From positions 50,166 to 114,165 of the forward strand of contig JAGYJL010000001.1 of assembly GCA_018402015.1 (NCBI GenBank): a stretch of DNA of 64,000 nt, written 5' to 3'. Position numbers and translations under genes: made by a program. Shown one piece after another: positions 1 through 9,800 of this stretch; positions within the stretch are counted from its first letter, which is position 1, and every line of letters starts with the position of its first letter. This DNA is from Flavobacteriales bacterium. GTDB taxonomy: Bacteria > Bacteroidota > Bacteroidia > UBA10329. A model generated the notes under the pieces. That model searched no databases. It was not told where the DNA came from and worked only from the letters and a program-made list of their open reading frames with translations.

Positions 1-53
1 AGCGGTCTCGCACAGAGATTCACCAAACCGATGAATGACGTATCTTTGAGAGT

Positions 54-290
54 ATGAAAGTCACGCTCGATATTGATACCAGCAGTCTGGACGCCATTGC
101 CCTACTGAACTACATCCGCTCTTTGAAGTATGTGAACATTCTGGAAGAAGGGACGGAAGAGCTGACCGTGGTACAGAAAGCTGCTATTGACAAAGGCTTG
201 AAAAGCCTGGAAAAAGGTGCTTTGAGCCATGATGAGGCCATGAACTCCGCCCGTTCTCGCTTCCCACATCTCTTCGAAAAACGGGCATGA
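54..290 (+). CDS. putative antitoxin partner of the downstream RelE/ParE toxin (78 aa)
   Basis: Small ORF whose stop overlaps the toxin start (ATGA at 287-290). No family motif recognised, so the call rests on position and size only. Confidence 0.5.
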   Translation: MKVTLDIDTSSLDAIALLNYIRSLKYVNILEEGTEELTVVQKAAIDKGLKSLEKGALSHDEAMNSARSRFPHLFEKRA

Positions 291-577
291 TCGTTTGGTC
301 GCCTAAGGCCTCTGAAGACTATGAGGAGAATATCGACTTCCTCCTACACCGTTGGACGGAGAAAGAAGCGCTTCATTTCATTGAAGTGACGGACTCCGTT
401 CTGAAGATCATTGATCAAGCACCCGCTACTTTCCGTTCCACCGGCTATAAAGACATTCGAGCAGTTGTCATCGTTTCGCAGATAACCCTATATTATCACC
501 CATTGAAAAATGGTGACGTGGCGCTTATCCGATTTTGGAACAACCATCAGGATCCGTCAAAACTCAAAATCGGTTGA
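287..577 (+). CDS. type II toxin, RelE/ParE family (96 aa)
   Basis: 96 aa. The N-terminus (WSPKASEDYEENIDFL) and C-terminus (ITLYYHPLKNGDVALIRFWNNHQDP) fit the ParE/RelE 'plasmid stabilisation' fold pattern. Translationally coupled to the upstream small ORF. Confidence 0.75.
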   Translation: MIVWSPKASEDYEENIDFLLHRWTEKEALHFIEVTDSVLKIIDQAPATFRSTGYKDIRAVVIVSQITLYYHPLKNGDVALIRFWNNHQDPSKLKIG

Positions 578-716
578 TGTTTACAAAAGTCGAAACGTGT
601 ACGATAGTTGGTTCGTTTTCCGCCACTGTACACTGAGCGCACTTCCACGGACTTGAGAAATTCGTTAAGCACAAAAAAGAACGTTTTTGCCATGTTGGGT
701 TTTCGCCATTTATCCA

Positions 717-1094
717 CCGATTGCGCACGCTTGCAACACGCGCCTTGCCACAGGCCACATGGCACCGTGCAATCCTAGCAAATAACCTTACGGATATCAC
801 TTGTAAGCCTACAAGTACCTGCCCTATGGCTAACTCCACTGCTTGTAAGACTGCAATTGGTACACTTACACGTAGGTGTATGCCTTGCAGCAATACAAAT
901 TAAGTACCCACATGTAGGTCTATCGGTTGTAGCCTTACAACTGGCTCACAGAACGTTATCTGTATGAGTTGTAAGCTTACAATTGATACAGATAAGCGTA
1001 GGTCTGATGGTTGCATGCTTACAACCGATATCCGTAGATCTAGGTTGGTCTTTCTGCACCTTACAATTGATATGAATATGAATTGAGCGCTCTT
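717..1094. repeat. tandem array of 42-bp units, each carrying a 14-nt palindrome TTGTAAGCYTACAA (7 strong and about 2 degenerate copies)
   Basis: Boxes start at 801, 843, 885, 927, 969, 1011 and 1053, all exactly 42 bp apart. Weaker copies lie at 759 and 721. A second box, GTAGGT, recurs in the same register at 872, 914 and 998, with CTAGGT at 1040. Confidence 0.85.
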
Positions 1095-1233
1095 ACCGCA
1101 AGCGCTGTATGCCAATGGCAGCAAGGGATACAGCGATTTTGTTAAAATTTATCAATGCATATAATACGAGGGGCTGTTGCGCGGTTATCAGTTTATATAC
1201 ACCATTTATGTTTAACCTAAAAACTTCAAGATC

Positions 1234-2205
1234 ATGGAATGGCATTATTCGAACAACCAGTTTGACAACGCAACCAAGAACAGCAACTTGCAGATGGTTA
1301 TCGTTACCAACGACCACAACGCCAAGTTGATAGAACAACAGGCCGACCCCGACATTCTGAACCTGCTTACCCGCACCACCCCCGTGCACGAGGATTTTCT
1401 TAAGAGGTACAATGATGCTAAAAGTGCCATTGCTTTCCGTAAATCGGGCACGCAGGCCGTTACCGATAAATTGGGGCTATTGCGTAGCACTTCGCTACGT
1501 AAGTGGGATGCTCAGGTGCAGGTTAACTACTTGAGTGGCAGTGTAGAATACACAGCCGTTTTTCCGAATGGGCTTACAGCTTTTCATACCAGCACCATAG
1601 ACCAAACAGTGGTCATGCTGAAGGGTTTGGCCGACCGAATGGGCAGCTTTGCCCCACTGTCCGCGGTAGCCGCAGAGGTAAACACGTTCTACACCGAACT
1701 GAAGGACCTACGGGATGCGCAGCAGGGCAAGGAACAATTGGTTGGACAAACGGCTACATTGCTTGAAGAGTCTCGTAAAAAACTGGCCGCCATGATGTAC
1801 GGTAACCTGGGCCTGTTAATGGACAAGTATGCTACTGCACCAGACAATATTGCCAACTTTTGGGAAGTACAATTGCTGCAGCGTGGAGCCACTAAGGGCA
1901 AGGATGAACCCGAGCCCGAAGAATTCAGCGGCACGGTGGCGGCCAATTCTACCGTAAATATTACTTCTAATATTGCGGCCGATTCTACGGTGATTCTCTC
2001 CAATACAGGGTCGGTAACATTGGTATTCTGTACAGCTGCAGATGGCACGATAGCATGTGGTGTAGAGGGGCTGTCTCTTGCCCCCGGGCAAGTTTTACAG
2101 GCCAGCGGGGCAGAACTGAACGGTGGTGGCTCCTTTTTAAATGTTACCAATAACGACCCTGCCACTGAGGGTGCTTACAACATAGAGATTCAGTTGGTCC
2201 AGTAA
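1234..2205 (+). CDS. hypothetical protein (323 aa), no signal peptide, helical N-half and beta-rich C-half
   Basis: Long clean ORF with no family recognised. Visibly GC-richer than its neighbours: two 60-nt samples I counted were 57% GC versus 43% in the next gene. Confidence 0.6.
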   Translation: MEWHYSNNQFDNATKNSNLQMVIVTNDHNAKLIEQQADPDILNLLTRTTPVHEDFLKRYNDAKSAIAFRKSGTQAVTDKLGLLRSTSLRKWDAQVQVNYLSGSVEYTAVFPNGLTAFHTSTIDQTVVMLKGLADRMGSFAPLSAVAAEVNTFYTELKDLRDAQQGKEQLVGQTATLLEESRKKLAAMMYGNLGLLMDKYATAPDNIANFWEVQLLQRGATKGKDEPEPEEFSGTVAANSTVNITSNIAADSTVILSNTGSVTLVFCTAADGTIACGVEGLSLAPGQVLQASGAELNGGGSFLNVTNNDPATEGAYNIEIQLVQ

Positions 2206-2229
2206 GCTTCTTTGGCCATAAAAGGCATG

Positions 2230-3699
2230 TTACTTGGTCTTTGTGGCCAATTTCCGCTCCAACCAACCATTATAATTCACCAACTCGGCATCTTCACCAC
2301 GTGGAGATGTCGTTTTTGTAAACAGCTTAATGCGATCTTTCATCTCCTCACTTCGTAGCGACATTCCTTTTAGGAACATATCAGAAATAAGGTTGAGCAG
2401 CATGGCCTCACGTACGTTTTCCTGGTTATCCAACTGTTCTTTAAAGTCTTTACGGATCTGTTTCATGCGGTAATCCAAGAAATCGGTATCGCCCAATTCC
2501 AAACGGATAAGGACCTCCAAAATGGCAATACGGAATTTGAGCGGAACGGCTGTATTCTCGAATCTTTCATGCAGATACAGTTGATTCAACCGTTTGATGG
2601 ACTCTCGGTGGTTTCCCATATCAAAATGGAAAATGGCCAAGTTCAGATACACAAAAACGATATAGAAAGGCGTTTTCTTCAGTTTCTCGTTGTGTTCCAA
2701 TGCTTCGAGTGTGGCAACGGCCTTTTCCATATCAACCTTGGAATAATTGATAACCAACGAATTGTAGTAGAAGAACAGGAACCGGTCGTAATGCAACCCG
2801 TCAAACTCCTCCATTCCCGCTTTCAGTTTTTCAGCCCAAACCAGCGATTCTTCCGTTTTATTGTTCTTGAAAAGTGCATTCACCATGTAGGTGAGCATCT
2901 GCAATTTGGTCTGATGATTAGACTTATTGAACAGTTTTTCACGCTCAAAATCGCCATAGGTCACTCGCAAGTAGTCTTCTAGATTAGGGTAATCGTGTTG
3001 CTGCAACAGGATCTGGCTTACGGCCTGATAGATCTTGAATCGCAACGCAGAGCTTCCCTTCAGTTCTTTGCTATCCGTCAATCGTTGAACCGTTTCCTGA
3101 AGCATGTCCACCACCGGATTATCGACCGGAGAGAAATTCTGAGTGATCTTCAGCTTGTACTTCACTGTGGCCAGAATATCATCTATTTGACGGATGGACT
3201 TTAGTCTGGCCTCATTTTCCTGACGCTTGAGAATGTAAGTTTCTGGGTTGATGTTGAGCATTTCCTGCGACAATCTGATGTACTCCGTGTAAATAAGGTC
3301 GAGCAACTCTAGATTCTCAAGAGCAAGTGCGCGTTTTTCTGCCTTTCCTAAAAAATGCTCGGCCAAAGAGAATAGGTTCTTAGCCATGTAATGCCTGGCC
3401 AGATTGTACAGGTTGATGGCCTGCGTCACATCCTCATCCTCAAAATGCTGCACCATCAAACTCTTACTCACATCGGATTTCAACCGATTCTTTAACCTGT
3501 AATAGGGATTCTTATTTCCATCAGGATAAAGTTTGGTACAAGCAGCATCCTCATTGAACTGTTCGCGTTCTTTCCTTATCAGGTCAAAGAGTTCAATGTC
3601 TTTACGGGGCTGATTGCTGGCTATACGAGAGGAATAAACCTTGTAAAATCGGATCTCTTCCTTATTGAGTCCTAGAATCATTTGATTGAGAGTGTCCAT
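2230..3699 (-). CDS. hypothetical helical-repeat (TPR-like) protein, 489 aa
   Basis: Clean 489-aa ORF with all-helical, Leu/Tyr/Asn-rich repeats typical of TPR-like scaffolds. No catalytic motif seen. Confidence 0.6.
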   Translation of the reverse strand: MDTLNQMILGLNKEEIRFYKVYSSRIASNQPRKDIELFDLIRKEREQFNEDAACTKLYPDGNKNPYYRLKNRLKSDVSKSLMVQHFEDEDVTQAINLYNLARHYMAKNLFSLAEHFLGKAEKRALALENLELLDLIYTEYIRLSQEMLNINPETYILKRQENEARLKSIRQIDDILATVKYKLKITQNFSPVDNPVVDMLQETVQRLTDSKELKGSSALRFKIYQAVSQILLQQHDYPNLEDYLRVTYGDFEREKLFNKSNHQTKLQMLTYMVNALFKNNKTEESLVWAEKLKAGMEEFDGLHYDRFLFFYYNSLVINYSKVDMEKAVATLEALEHNEKLKKTPFYIVFVYLNLAIFHFDMGNHRESIKRLNQLYLHERFENTAVPLKFRIAILEVLIRLELGDTDFLDYRMKQIRKDFKEQLDNQENVREAMLLNLISDMFLKGMSLRSEEMKDRIKLFTKTTSPRGEDAELVNYNGWLERKLATKTK

Positions 3700-3752
3700 T
3701 TGAGCGCGTAAGAAATATTGAAATTATGAAACGATATGTATAATCATCCAAT

Positions 3753-3760
3753 TACATTTG
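3753..3760 (+). promoter_or_regulatory. candidate Bacteroidota sigma-A -7 box (TACATTTG)
   Basis: Perfect match to TAnnTTTG, 5 nt before ATG 3766. This suggests the real start is M5 at 3778 (MKVIQKF...). No good -33 TTG seen. Confidence 0.4.
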
Positions 3761-3765
3761 AGTAA

Positions 3766-4470
3766 ATGATGCTACAGATGAAGGTTATTCAAAAATTCTT
3801 GCTTGCATTCCTGATCGGATACGTGGGTATCGTTAAGACACAAGCGCAGACCTACGAGTTGCAAATTGACAGCTTGGTTGGTATACCGGATACGATTTAC
3901 GATGGGCAAACAGTCATATTTTTCATGACCGTTTCTATGAACACACCGTTATTCTACCAAGGTGATATGTTCATTGAACTGGAATACGGTGGCAATTTGT
4001 ATCAAGTAGATTCAACGGTAGCTGCAAACCAATTCATCGGTCCGAATTCACCAAATACAATTCAAGCGTTTCATCGTTTTTCAACAGAAAACGACCTTCA
4101 GATAGGCGATAATGTGGTGGTGGTGTGGCCACGTATTGGAGACGGTGAGAATCCGATCCAGACGGTTCTGAACCCGATAACTACAACAATAACATTGGCA
4201 GAGCCAGCAGGCATTGAACAGCATACGAATTCGCGCGTATTCAAGCCTTTTATCCGTCCAAACCCAGCAATTGACCACATTCAATTCGGTCTGCACGAAA
4301 ACACGAATGTGGAGCAGTCAATTCTATACGATATGACAGGGAAGATTCTCAGCAGATCGGGAACAGAGAAACGTTTAGATGTATCTGGTCTTCCAGCCGG
4401 AATCTCTTTTTTAGATGTAATAACACGTGACGGAACCGTCTATTCTGACAAGTTGCTGATTACACACTGA
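3766..4470 (+). CDS. T9SS type A sorting-domain secreted protein (234 aa)
   Basis: N-terminal signal peptide (FLIGYVGIVKTQAQ). C-terminal roughly 80 aa reads RPNPAIDHIQF...ILYDMTGKIL...LPAGISFLDV, the Por/T9SS CTD pattern. Confidence 0.75.
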   Translation: MMLQMKVIQKFLLAFLIGYVGIVKTQAQTYELQIDSLVGIPDTIYDGQTVIFFMTVSMNTPLFYQGDMFIELEYGGNLYQVDSTVAANQFIGPNSPNTIQAFHRFSTENDLQIGDNVVVVWPRIGDGENPIQTVLNPITTTITLAEPAGIEQHTNSRVFKPFIRPNPAIDHIQFGLHENTNVEQSILYDMTGKILSRSGTEKRLDVSGLPAGISFLDVITRDGTVYSDKLLITH

Positions 4471-4488
4471 CTTCGATTTCCGATCGGT

Positions 4489-4496
4489 TAACTTTG
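4489..4496 (+). promoter_or_regulatory. candidate -7 box (TAACTTTG) upstream of ispG
   Basis: Perfect TAnnTTTG match 15 nt before ATG 4512. It overlaps the TTG start used by the ORF track at 4494, which argues for the 4512 start. Confidence 0.4.
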
Positions 4497-4511
4497 CGCC
4501 AAACTTTGGCA

Positions 4512-6449
4512 ATGAGTTATCGCAAATACTGCAACAGCCTTACAGAATACAAGCGCTTCCGAACCAGAGAAGTACGTGTTGGAAACATTGGGATAGGTGG
4601 TGATAACCCTATTCGAGTGCAATCCATGACCACTACCGATACCATGGATACCGAAGCCACGGTGGCGCAAAGTATCCGAATGATACAGGCCGGTTGCGAA
4701 CTGATACGCATCACGGCTCCAAGCATAAAAGAAGCTGAGAATCTGGCCAATATAAAAGCCGAACTAAAAAGGCGCGGATACGATATTCCGATATGCGCAG
4801 ATATTCACTTTACGCCCAATGCTGCAGAAATAGCGGCAACCATTGTGGAAAAGGTGCGGGTGAATCCGGGTAATTACGCAGACAGAAAAAAGTTTGAAAC
4901 CATTGATTATACCGATGAATCGTACACAGCAGAGCTGAAGCGTATTCGCGAAAGGTTCATTCCATTGGTGGAAATCTGTAAGAAGCACGGTACTGCAATG
5001 CGCATCGGCACCAATCACGGTTCGCTTTCTGATCGGATTCTGAGTAGATACGGAGACACACCCCTTGGAATGGTGGAATCGGCCATGGAGTTCCTTCGAA
5101 TTTGCCGTGATCTCGATTTCCACGACATCGTTCTATCCATGAAAGCGAGTAATACGCAAGTAATGGTTCAAGCATACCGATTACTGGTAGCAACCATGCT
5201 TGAGAACGATATGAACTATCCGCTACACTTGGGCGTAACAGAAGCCGGAGAAGGTGAGGATGGTAGGATCAAATCGGCCGTTGGTATTGGAACTCTTTTG
5301 GAGGATGGTTTAGGTGATACGGTTAGGGTTTCTCTTACAGAAGAACCAGAATTCGAAATCCCAGTAGCTCAGGAGCTTGTGGCTCGGTACACGAAGCGTA
5401 CACAGCTTCAGAAGCCCATTCCGGCTTTCAACGGCTCCTACCCTATAGATCCGTTTCAATTCTTTAAAAGAGGAACCAATACAGTGGTGAATATTGGCGG
5501 AGAAAATGTTCCGCGCGTTGTTGCCGACCTTTCTGACAAGGAAGTTGTTACTCCTGCTAATCTTTTTGCTTTCGGATACAACTATTCGGTAGAATTAGAC
5601 AAATGGAACATAACCGACCTTGCTTGCGATTACCTCTTTATTGGAGACAAACAGTTGGAATTTGAAATTCCAGGTACGTTGGGAATCATCCAAAACCTTA
5701 ACTGTTGGAACGCTGAGCGAGAACGTCACTATCCATTATTCACGGCTGCCGAATTTCTTCTATCGGACACGGTTTCCGACTCATTGAACTTTATCAGCGT
5801 TCGTATTAACGACCTTAATGAGGCGCTGATCAACCGAATTTCTAATGGAGAAAACACTGTTCTGGTATTGGAAAGTTCCAATGCACATGCGCTGTCAGAA
5901 CTACGAAGGGCCATTTGTATTCTTACAGAGAACAATAGTTCCATTCCGGTAATTGTGAGACGGAACTATGACCTCGATGAGAACGCCTTTCAACTTTACG
6001 CTTCTACAGATGTAGGAGGACTTCTGGTTGATGGTTTGAGTGATGGTTGCTGGATAACAGACCCTAACGTTCCGAATAAGGTATTGAATAGCACGTCTTT
6101 CGGGATTTTGCAAGCCGCCAGAGCCAGAACATCAAAAACAGAATACATCTCCTGCCCTAGTTGTGGCAGAACCTTATTCGACCTTCAGGAAACTACCGCC
6201 AAGATCCGTAACCGAACTGACCATTTGAAAGGTGTAAAGATCGGGATCATGGGATGCATTGTAAATGGACCAGGTGAAATGGCAGATGCAGACTACGGAT
6301 ATGTTGGTACCGGAAAGGGTAAAATAACGCTTTACAAAGGGCAGGAAGTCGTTAGAAGGAATCTTCCTTCAGAAGAGGCGCTTGAAGCGTTAGAAGAGCT
6401 TATAAAAGAGCACGGTGATTGGGTAGAGCGGCCGCAGATCGCGGAATAA
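4512..6449 (+). CDS. ispG: 4-hydroxy-3-methylbut-2-enyl diphosphate synthase, long three-domain form
   Basis: Motifs IGGDNPIRVQSMTTTDT, RITAPS, HLGVTEAGEG and the C-terminal Fe-S motif CPSCGRT...GCIVNGPGE. A roughly 270-aa insert lies between the TIM-barrel and Fe-S domains, as in the Bacteroidota/plant type. Confidence 0.93.
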   Translation: MSYRKYCNSLTEYKRFRTREVRVGNIGIGGDNPIRVQSMTTTDTMDTEATVAQSIRMIQAGCELIRITAPSIKEAENLANIKAELKRRGYDIPICADIHFTPNAAEIAATIVEKVRVNPGNYADRKKFETIDYTDESYTAELKRIRERFIPLVEICKKHGTAMRIGTNHGSLSDRILSRYGDTPLGMVESAMEFLRICRDLDFHDIVLSMKASNTQVMVQAYRLLVATMLENDMNYPLHLGVTEAGEGEDGRIKSAVGIGTLLEDGLGDTVRVSLTEEPEFEIPVAQELVARYTKRTQLQKPIPAFNGSYPIDPFQFFKRGTNTVVNIGGENVPRVVADLSDKEVVTPANLFAFGYNYSVELDKWNITDLACDYLFIGDKQLEFEIPGTLGIIQNLNCWNAERERHYPLFTAAEFLLSDTVSDSLNFISVRINDLNEALINRISNGENTVLVLESSNAHALSELRRAICILTENNSSIPVIVRRNYDLDENAFQLYASTDVGGLLVDGLSDGCWITDPNVPNKVLNSTSFGILQAARARTSKTEYISCPSCGRTLFDLQETTAKIRNRTDHLKGVKIGIMGCIVNGPGEMADADYGYVGTGKGKITLYKGQEVVRRNLPSEEALEALEELIKEHGDWVERPQIAE

Positions 6450-6451
6450 AA

Positions 6452-6479
6452 AACCCGAACAATTCAAATTGTTCGGGTT
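6452..6479. terminator. bidirectional rho-independent terminator
   Basis: AACCCGAACAAT-tcaa-ATTGTTCGGGTT: a 12-bp perfect stem with A-run and T-run flanks, between the convergent ispG and the 95-aa gene. Confidence 0.65.
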
Positions 6480-6501
6480 TCACTTTATCGCCTTGTGTAG
6501 C

Positions 6502-6789
6502 TTATTCTTCCTCTTTCCACTTCTCTCCAGAAACAGACTCCCACTTTAGTTTCATTTCAGCAAGACGGGCTTTCTCCGCTTCATAATCCATTTTCGGATT
6601 GTCCTTATTGGCTTCCACTTTAATGGTGTACTTCTCAATTCGAGCCTTAATAGCATCCGCTTCTTTCTGAATATTCTCAGCAGAGCGCTTTTCTGTGCTT
6701 TGAGTAGTTGTCTGAGCTTTATCCTGAGCAACTACGTTCAACGTACCAAATGCAAATAATGCAGCAAGAATAAATGTTGTCTTTTTCAT
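6502..6789 (-). CDS. small secreted Lys/Glu-rich protein (95 aa)
   Basis: Signal peptide (FILAALFAFGTLNVVAQ) followed by a charged helical low-complexity region. No family recognised. Confidence 0.55.
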   Translation of the reverse strand: MKKTTFILAALFAFGTLNVVAQDKAQTTTQSTEKRSAENIQKEADAIKARIEKYTIKVEANKDNPKMDYEAEKARLAEMKLKWESVSGEKWKEEE

Positions 6790-6827
6790 GTTCTAAATTA
6801 TTACGGTTTAAAAATAAACATAAAAAA

Positions 6828-6854
6828 AGAGCCGCGCCCTAAGGACACGGCTCT
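6828..6854 (-). terminator. rho-independent terminator after the 1508-aa gene
   Basis: On the minus strand: AGAGCCG...CGGCTCT stem followed by T7. Confidence 0.6.
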
Positions 6855-6874
6855 CATTTTCACATCATCAATTA

Positions 6875-9800
6875 TCAGTGAATCTGAATCTTACGAGTAA
6901 CCAACCCTTCTAGAGTTGCAACCTGTAGGAAGTAAGTTCCACTTGCTACGTCAAGGTTAAGATCCTTACGGAAGCTGTTGTTCAATGTAACTCCTTCGTT
7001 GTAAACCTGACGGCCTGCAACATCTAGAACCACGATCTGAACGTCTGCTTCAACACCAGCTACCTCAACCACAAACTGACCGTTTGATGGGTTAGGGTAT
7101 ACTTCCATTCCTCTCTCAACTGCCTCGGCAATTGTTGTTGGGATGTCTGTGACCTGGATGGCTTCACAGTACTCCGAAGTACATCCATTCTCATCAGTAA
7201 CAGTTAAACAAACAGTATAAGGACCATCCAATGCATAAACATTTGTCGGGTCTGCAATATCAGCAGTGTTTCCATCACCGAAATCCCAAGCCCACTCTAC
7301 GATAGTGCTTGATGTAGTACTAGCATCTGTAAACGCTACAGAAAGACCAGTAGCAGCATACGTGAAGCCTGCATCTACAGTCGTTTCTGTCAAGGTAACC
7401 GTTGCATCACCTTCTTCGCCATCATAACCATCAACCTGAACAAAGTATGTTTCTCCCGGTGTCAATCCGCAAAGAACAACCTCACTGGTCAATGTTGATC
7501 CAAGAGCATCTGGGTTATCATCGTTTGCACCTTCAAGAACTGCTGTTCCTGAAACTAGATCCTGACAGCTGACCGCAGAATAAACTGCCAATTGTGTATC
7601 AAAATCAGAACCATCTGTAGATACGATCACATTACCAGAAGCTGGAGCTACAAATGAGAACCAGATCGTGTTTTCAAGTGTAAGCGAGAAGCTACACCAT
7701 CCGTCTTGAGATTGACAAGAACCGCTTACGCCTGTTCCTCCACCTGGAATAACCTCTGTACCACCTTCAACTGTTGCACCAACATTGGTGAACGGTCCGT
7801 TTGCTCCAAGAGCAAGTGGCTCAGCAGAACATGCATCATCATTCGATGGCGCTGGAGGTGGAGGCGTACATGTGATTGACAGATCGAATGTTCCTTCGTT
7901 TCCTCCTGGGCCTACGTCTGAACCGAAGTAGTCACCCACATAGATGTAGTAGTCTGTACCGACCTCCGTATCAAACGTCACCTGTGAGGTGTTACCTGTA
8001 CAGTTGGTGAAGTCATCATCGTTGTTGGCCAAGTAAGTAAGGTTACCGCAGCTTCCGGTTGCAATTACGATCTCTGTATCGAAATCGGCTGCATCGCAAG
8101 TTGAAGCGGTTACCTCATCGCCTGTTCCTGCCAGCACGTACCATACACCCTCTGACACATAAGCGGTTCCGAATGGTGCATCGTCTGCTGTTGACCCAAC
8201 CGTAGTTCCTGAAGTTGTGCTACCACAAGTTACGGCTATTGCCCCAGAACACAGGTCATTTGCTGGTCCGCAAAGCTCAACCGTAATCGGAGCTCCAGCA
8301 GCATCAAGATTTGCACAGATGCTTCCACCTCCTTGTACAAGAGAAGGAAGGACATCCAACGCACTGGTAGTACCCAATACAACACCACTCAAATCAAGTG
8401 TGGCAGGATTGTAAACCAACGTGTGGATGATGTAATCACCTTCAGCAGTAACTGTGAAATCTGGTGTTGCTGCTACTTGCTCAATAATCAAACCTGGGTT
8501 TGATGTAAGAACATATAGAACAGAATAACCAGCAGGAACTACCGGAGCAGCATTCTCTGTTGCAGAAATATCAGCAGAACCAGCATCTAGACAAACTGGG
8601 CTTGCATCTGCAGTAAGCGTTCCTGCATCAGGTGCTTCTACAGTGACAAGTCCTGTTCCTGCTACATCAAGAGATGCACAGATCGCGCCTGAACCGATTA
8701 ATCCAGCAACTCCTACTCCTGTGGTCTCTCCAAGGATAGTTGCGCCATCTGCCGGATTGAATACCAATGTATGGATGATGTAGTTACCGCCTGCTGTAAC
8801 ATCAAACGATGCAACTGCGGCCGGTGGTAGAACAACATCCAGGATATCCAAGTTCGGTGAATCGCCATCTGTCAATACATAGGCAATCTCGTATCCTGCT
8901 GGTACAGTTGGAGCAGTTCCTACTGTGGCAGAAATTGTTGCAGTTCCTCCAGTTAAACATACTGGGGTGGCATCGGCTGTTAGCGTTCCTGCATCAACAG
9001 TTGGGCAAGCACACGTAACAGAAAGCTCAAACTCACCAAACGGCACAGATGCAAACTCATCATCGAAATTACTTACGTAAATGTTATAAGTAACACCCGG
9101 CTCTCCGTAGAAGGTAACCGTAGATTGTAACCCACATTCATCATCGTTAGCAATAAGACAGGTTTGATTGGCACAATCTCCTGTGGTTACAACTAATTCA
9201 GTATCGAAGTTTGTACCTGCACCACATGTAGAAACAGTTACATCTTCTCCAGTTCCAACAAACGAATACCACACTCCGTTTCCGGCATTAAGCTCTGCGC
9301 AGTTTTCGTCAACACTTACAGTAGAGTTGTAGTTGTTTCCGAAAACAACATCTCCACAAGCAATTGGAAGAGCATCTGCACACAAATCGTTTGCTGGTGT
9401 TGCACAAGTAATGGTAAGGTCGAAATCGCCAGTTGCGGAAGAGAATCCTGTAACCCAAATTGAGTACGTTGTGCCTAAAGTACTTGTCCAAGTAAGTTCA
9501 GACTGAAGACCACAAGCATCATCATTACCACCAACACAAGTAAGTGAGCCACAAGCACCTTCATAAACAAATAACTTGGTATCGTAGCTGGATCCGCAAA
9601 GGCTAGCGGTAATATCCAGTCCTGTTCCTACTACTGTGTACCAAACACCAGGTGCTGTTGCACTGGTTGTTCCACAGAAAACTCCAGAAACCTCAGAATC
9701 TGCTGTTGCAAAAGAAGTTGATCCGGAAACTACGTCTCCACAAGCAAGGGCAATTGCATTTGCGCAATCATCGTTTGTAGGTGCTTCGCATGCAGAAGAA

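Noticed and set aside
717-1094. Could the array be a CRISPR?
   Set aside because: The repeats are only about 14 nt and degenerate, the spacers are about 28 nt and partly conserved (GTAGGT box), and no cas genes are present. This does not fit CRISPR architecture.
564-1124. Minus-strand ORFs 564-893 and 900-1124 (same frame, split by one TAA) and plus-strand ORF 721-903 run through the 42-bp array and would encode 14-aa repeats.
   Set aside because: A 42-nt unit is a multiple of three, so an open frame propagates through all copies by construction. Conservation is concentrated in a contiguous dyad-symmetric 14-mer rather than on codon positions. The predicted peptides are Cys/Arg/Val-rich with no signal or known motif. 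I treat the region as non-coding.
1093-1389. ORFs 1093-1389 (minus) and 1109-1330 (plus) overlap the start of the 323-aa gene.
   Set aside because: They are short, overlap a much longer clean ORF, and have no recognisable motifs. They are likely spurious.
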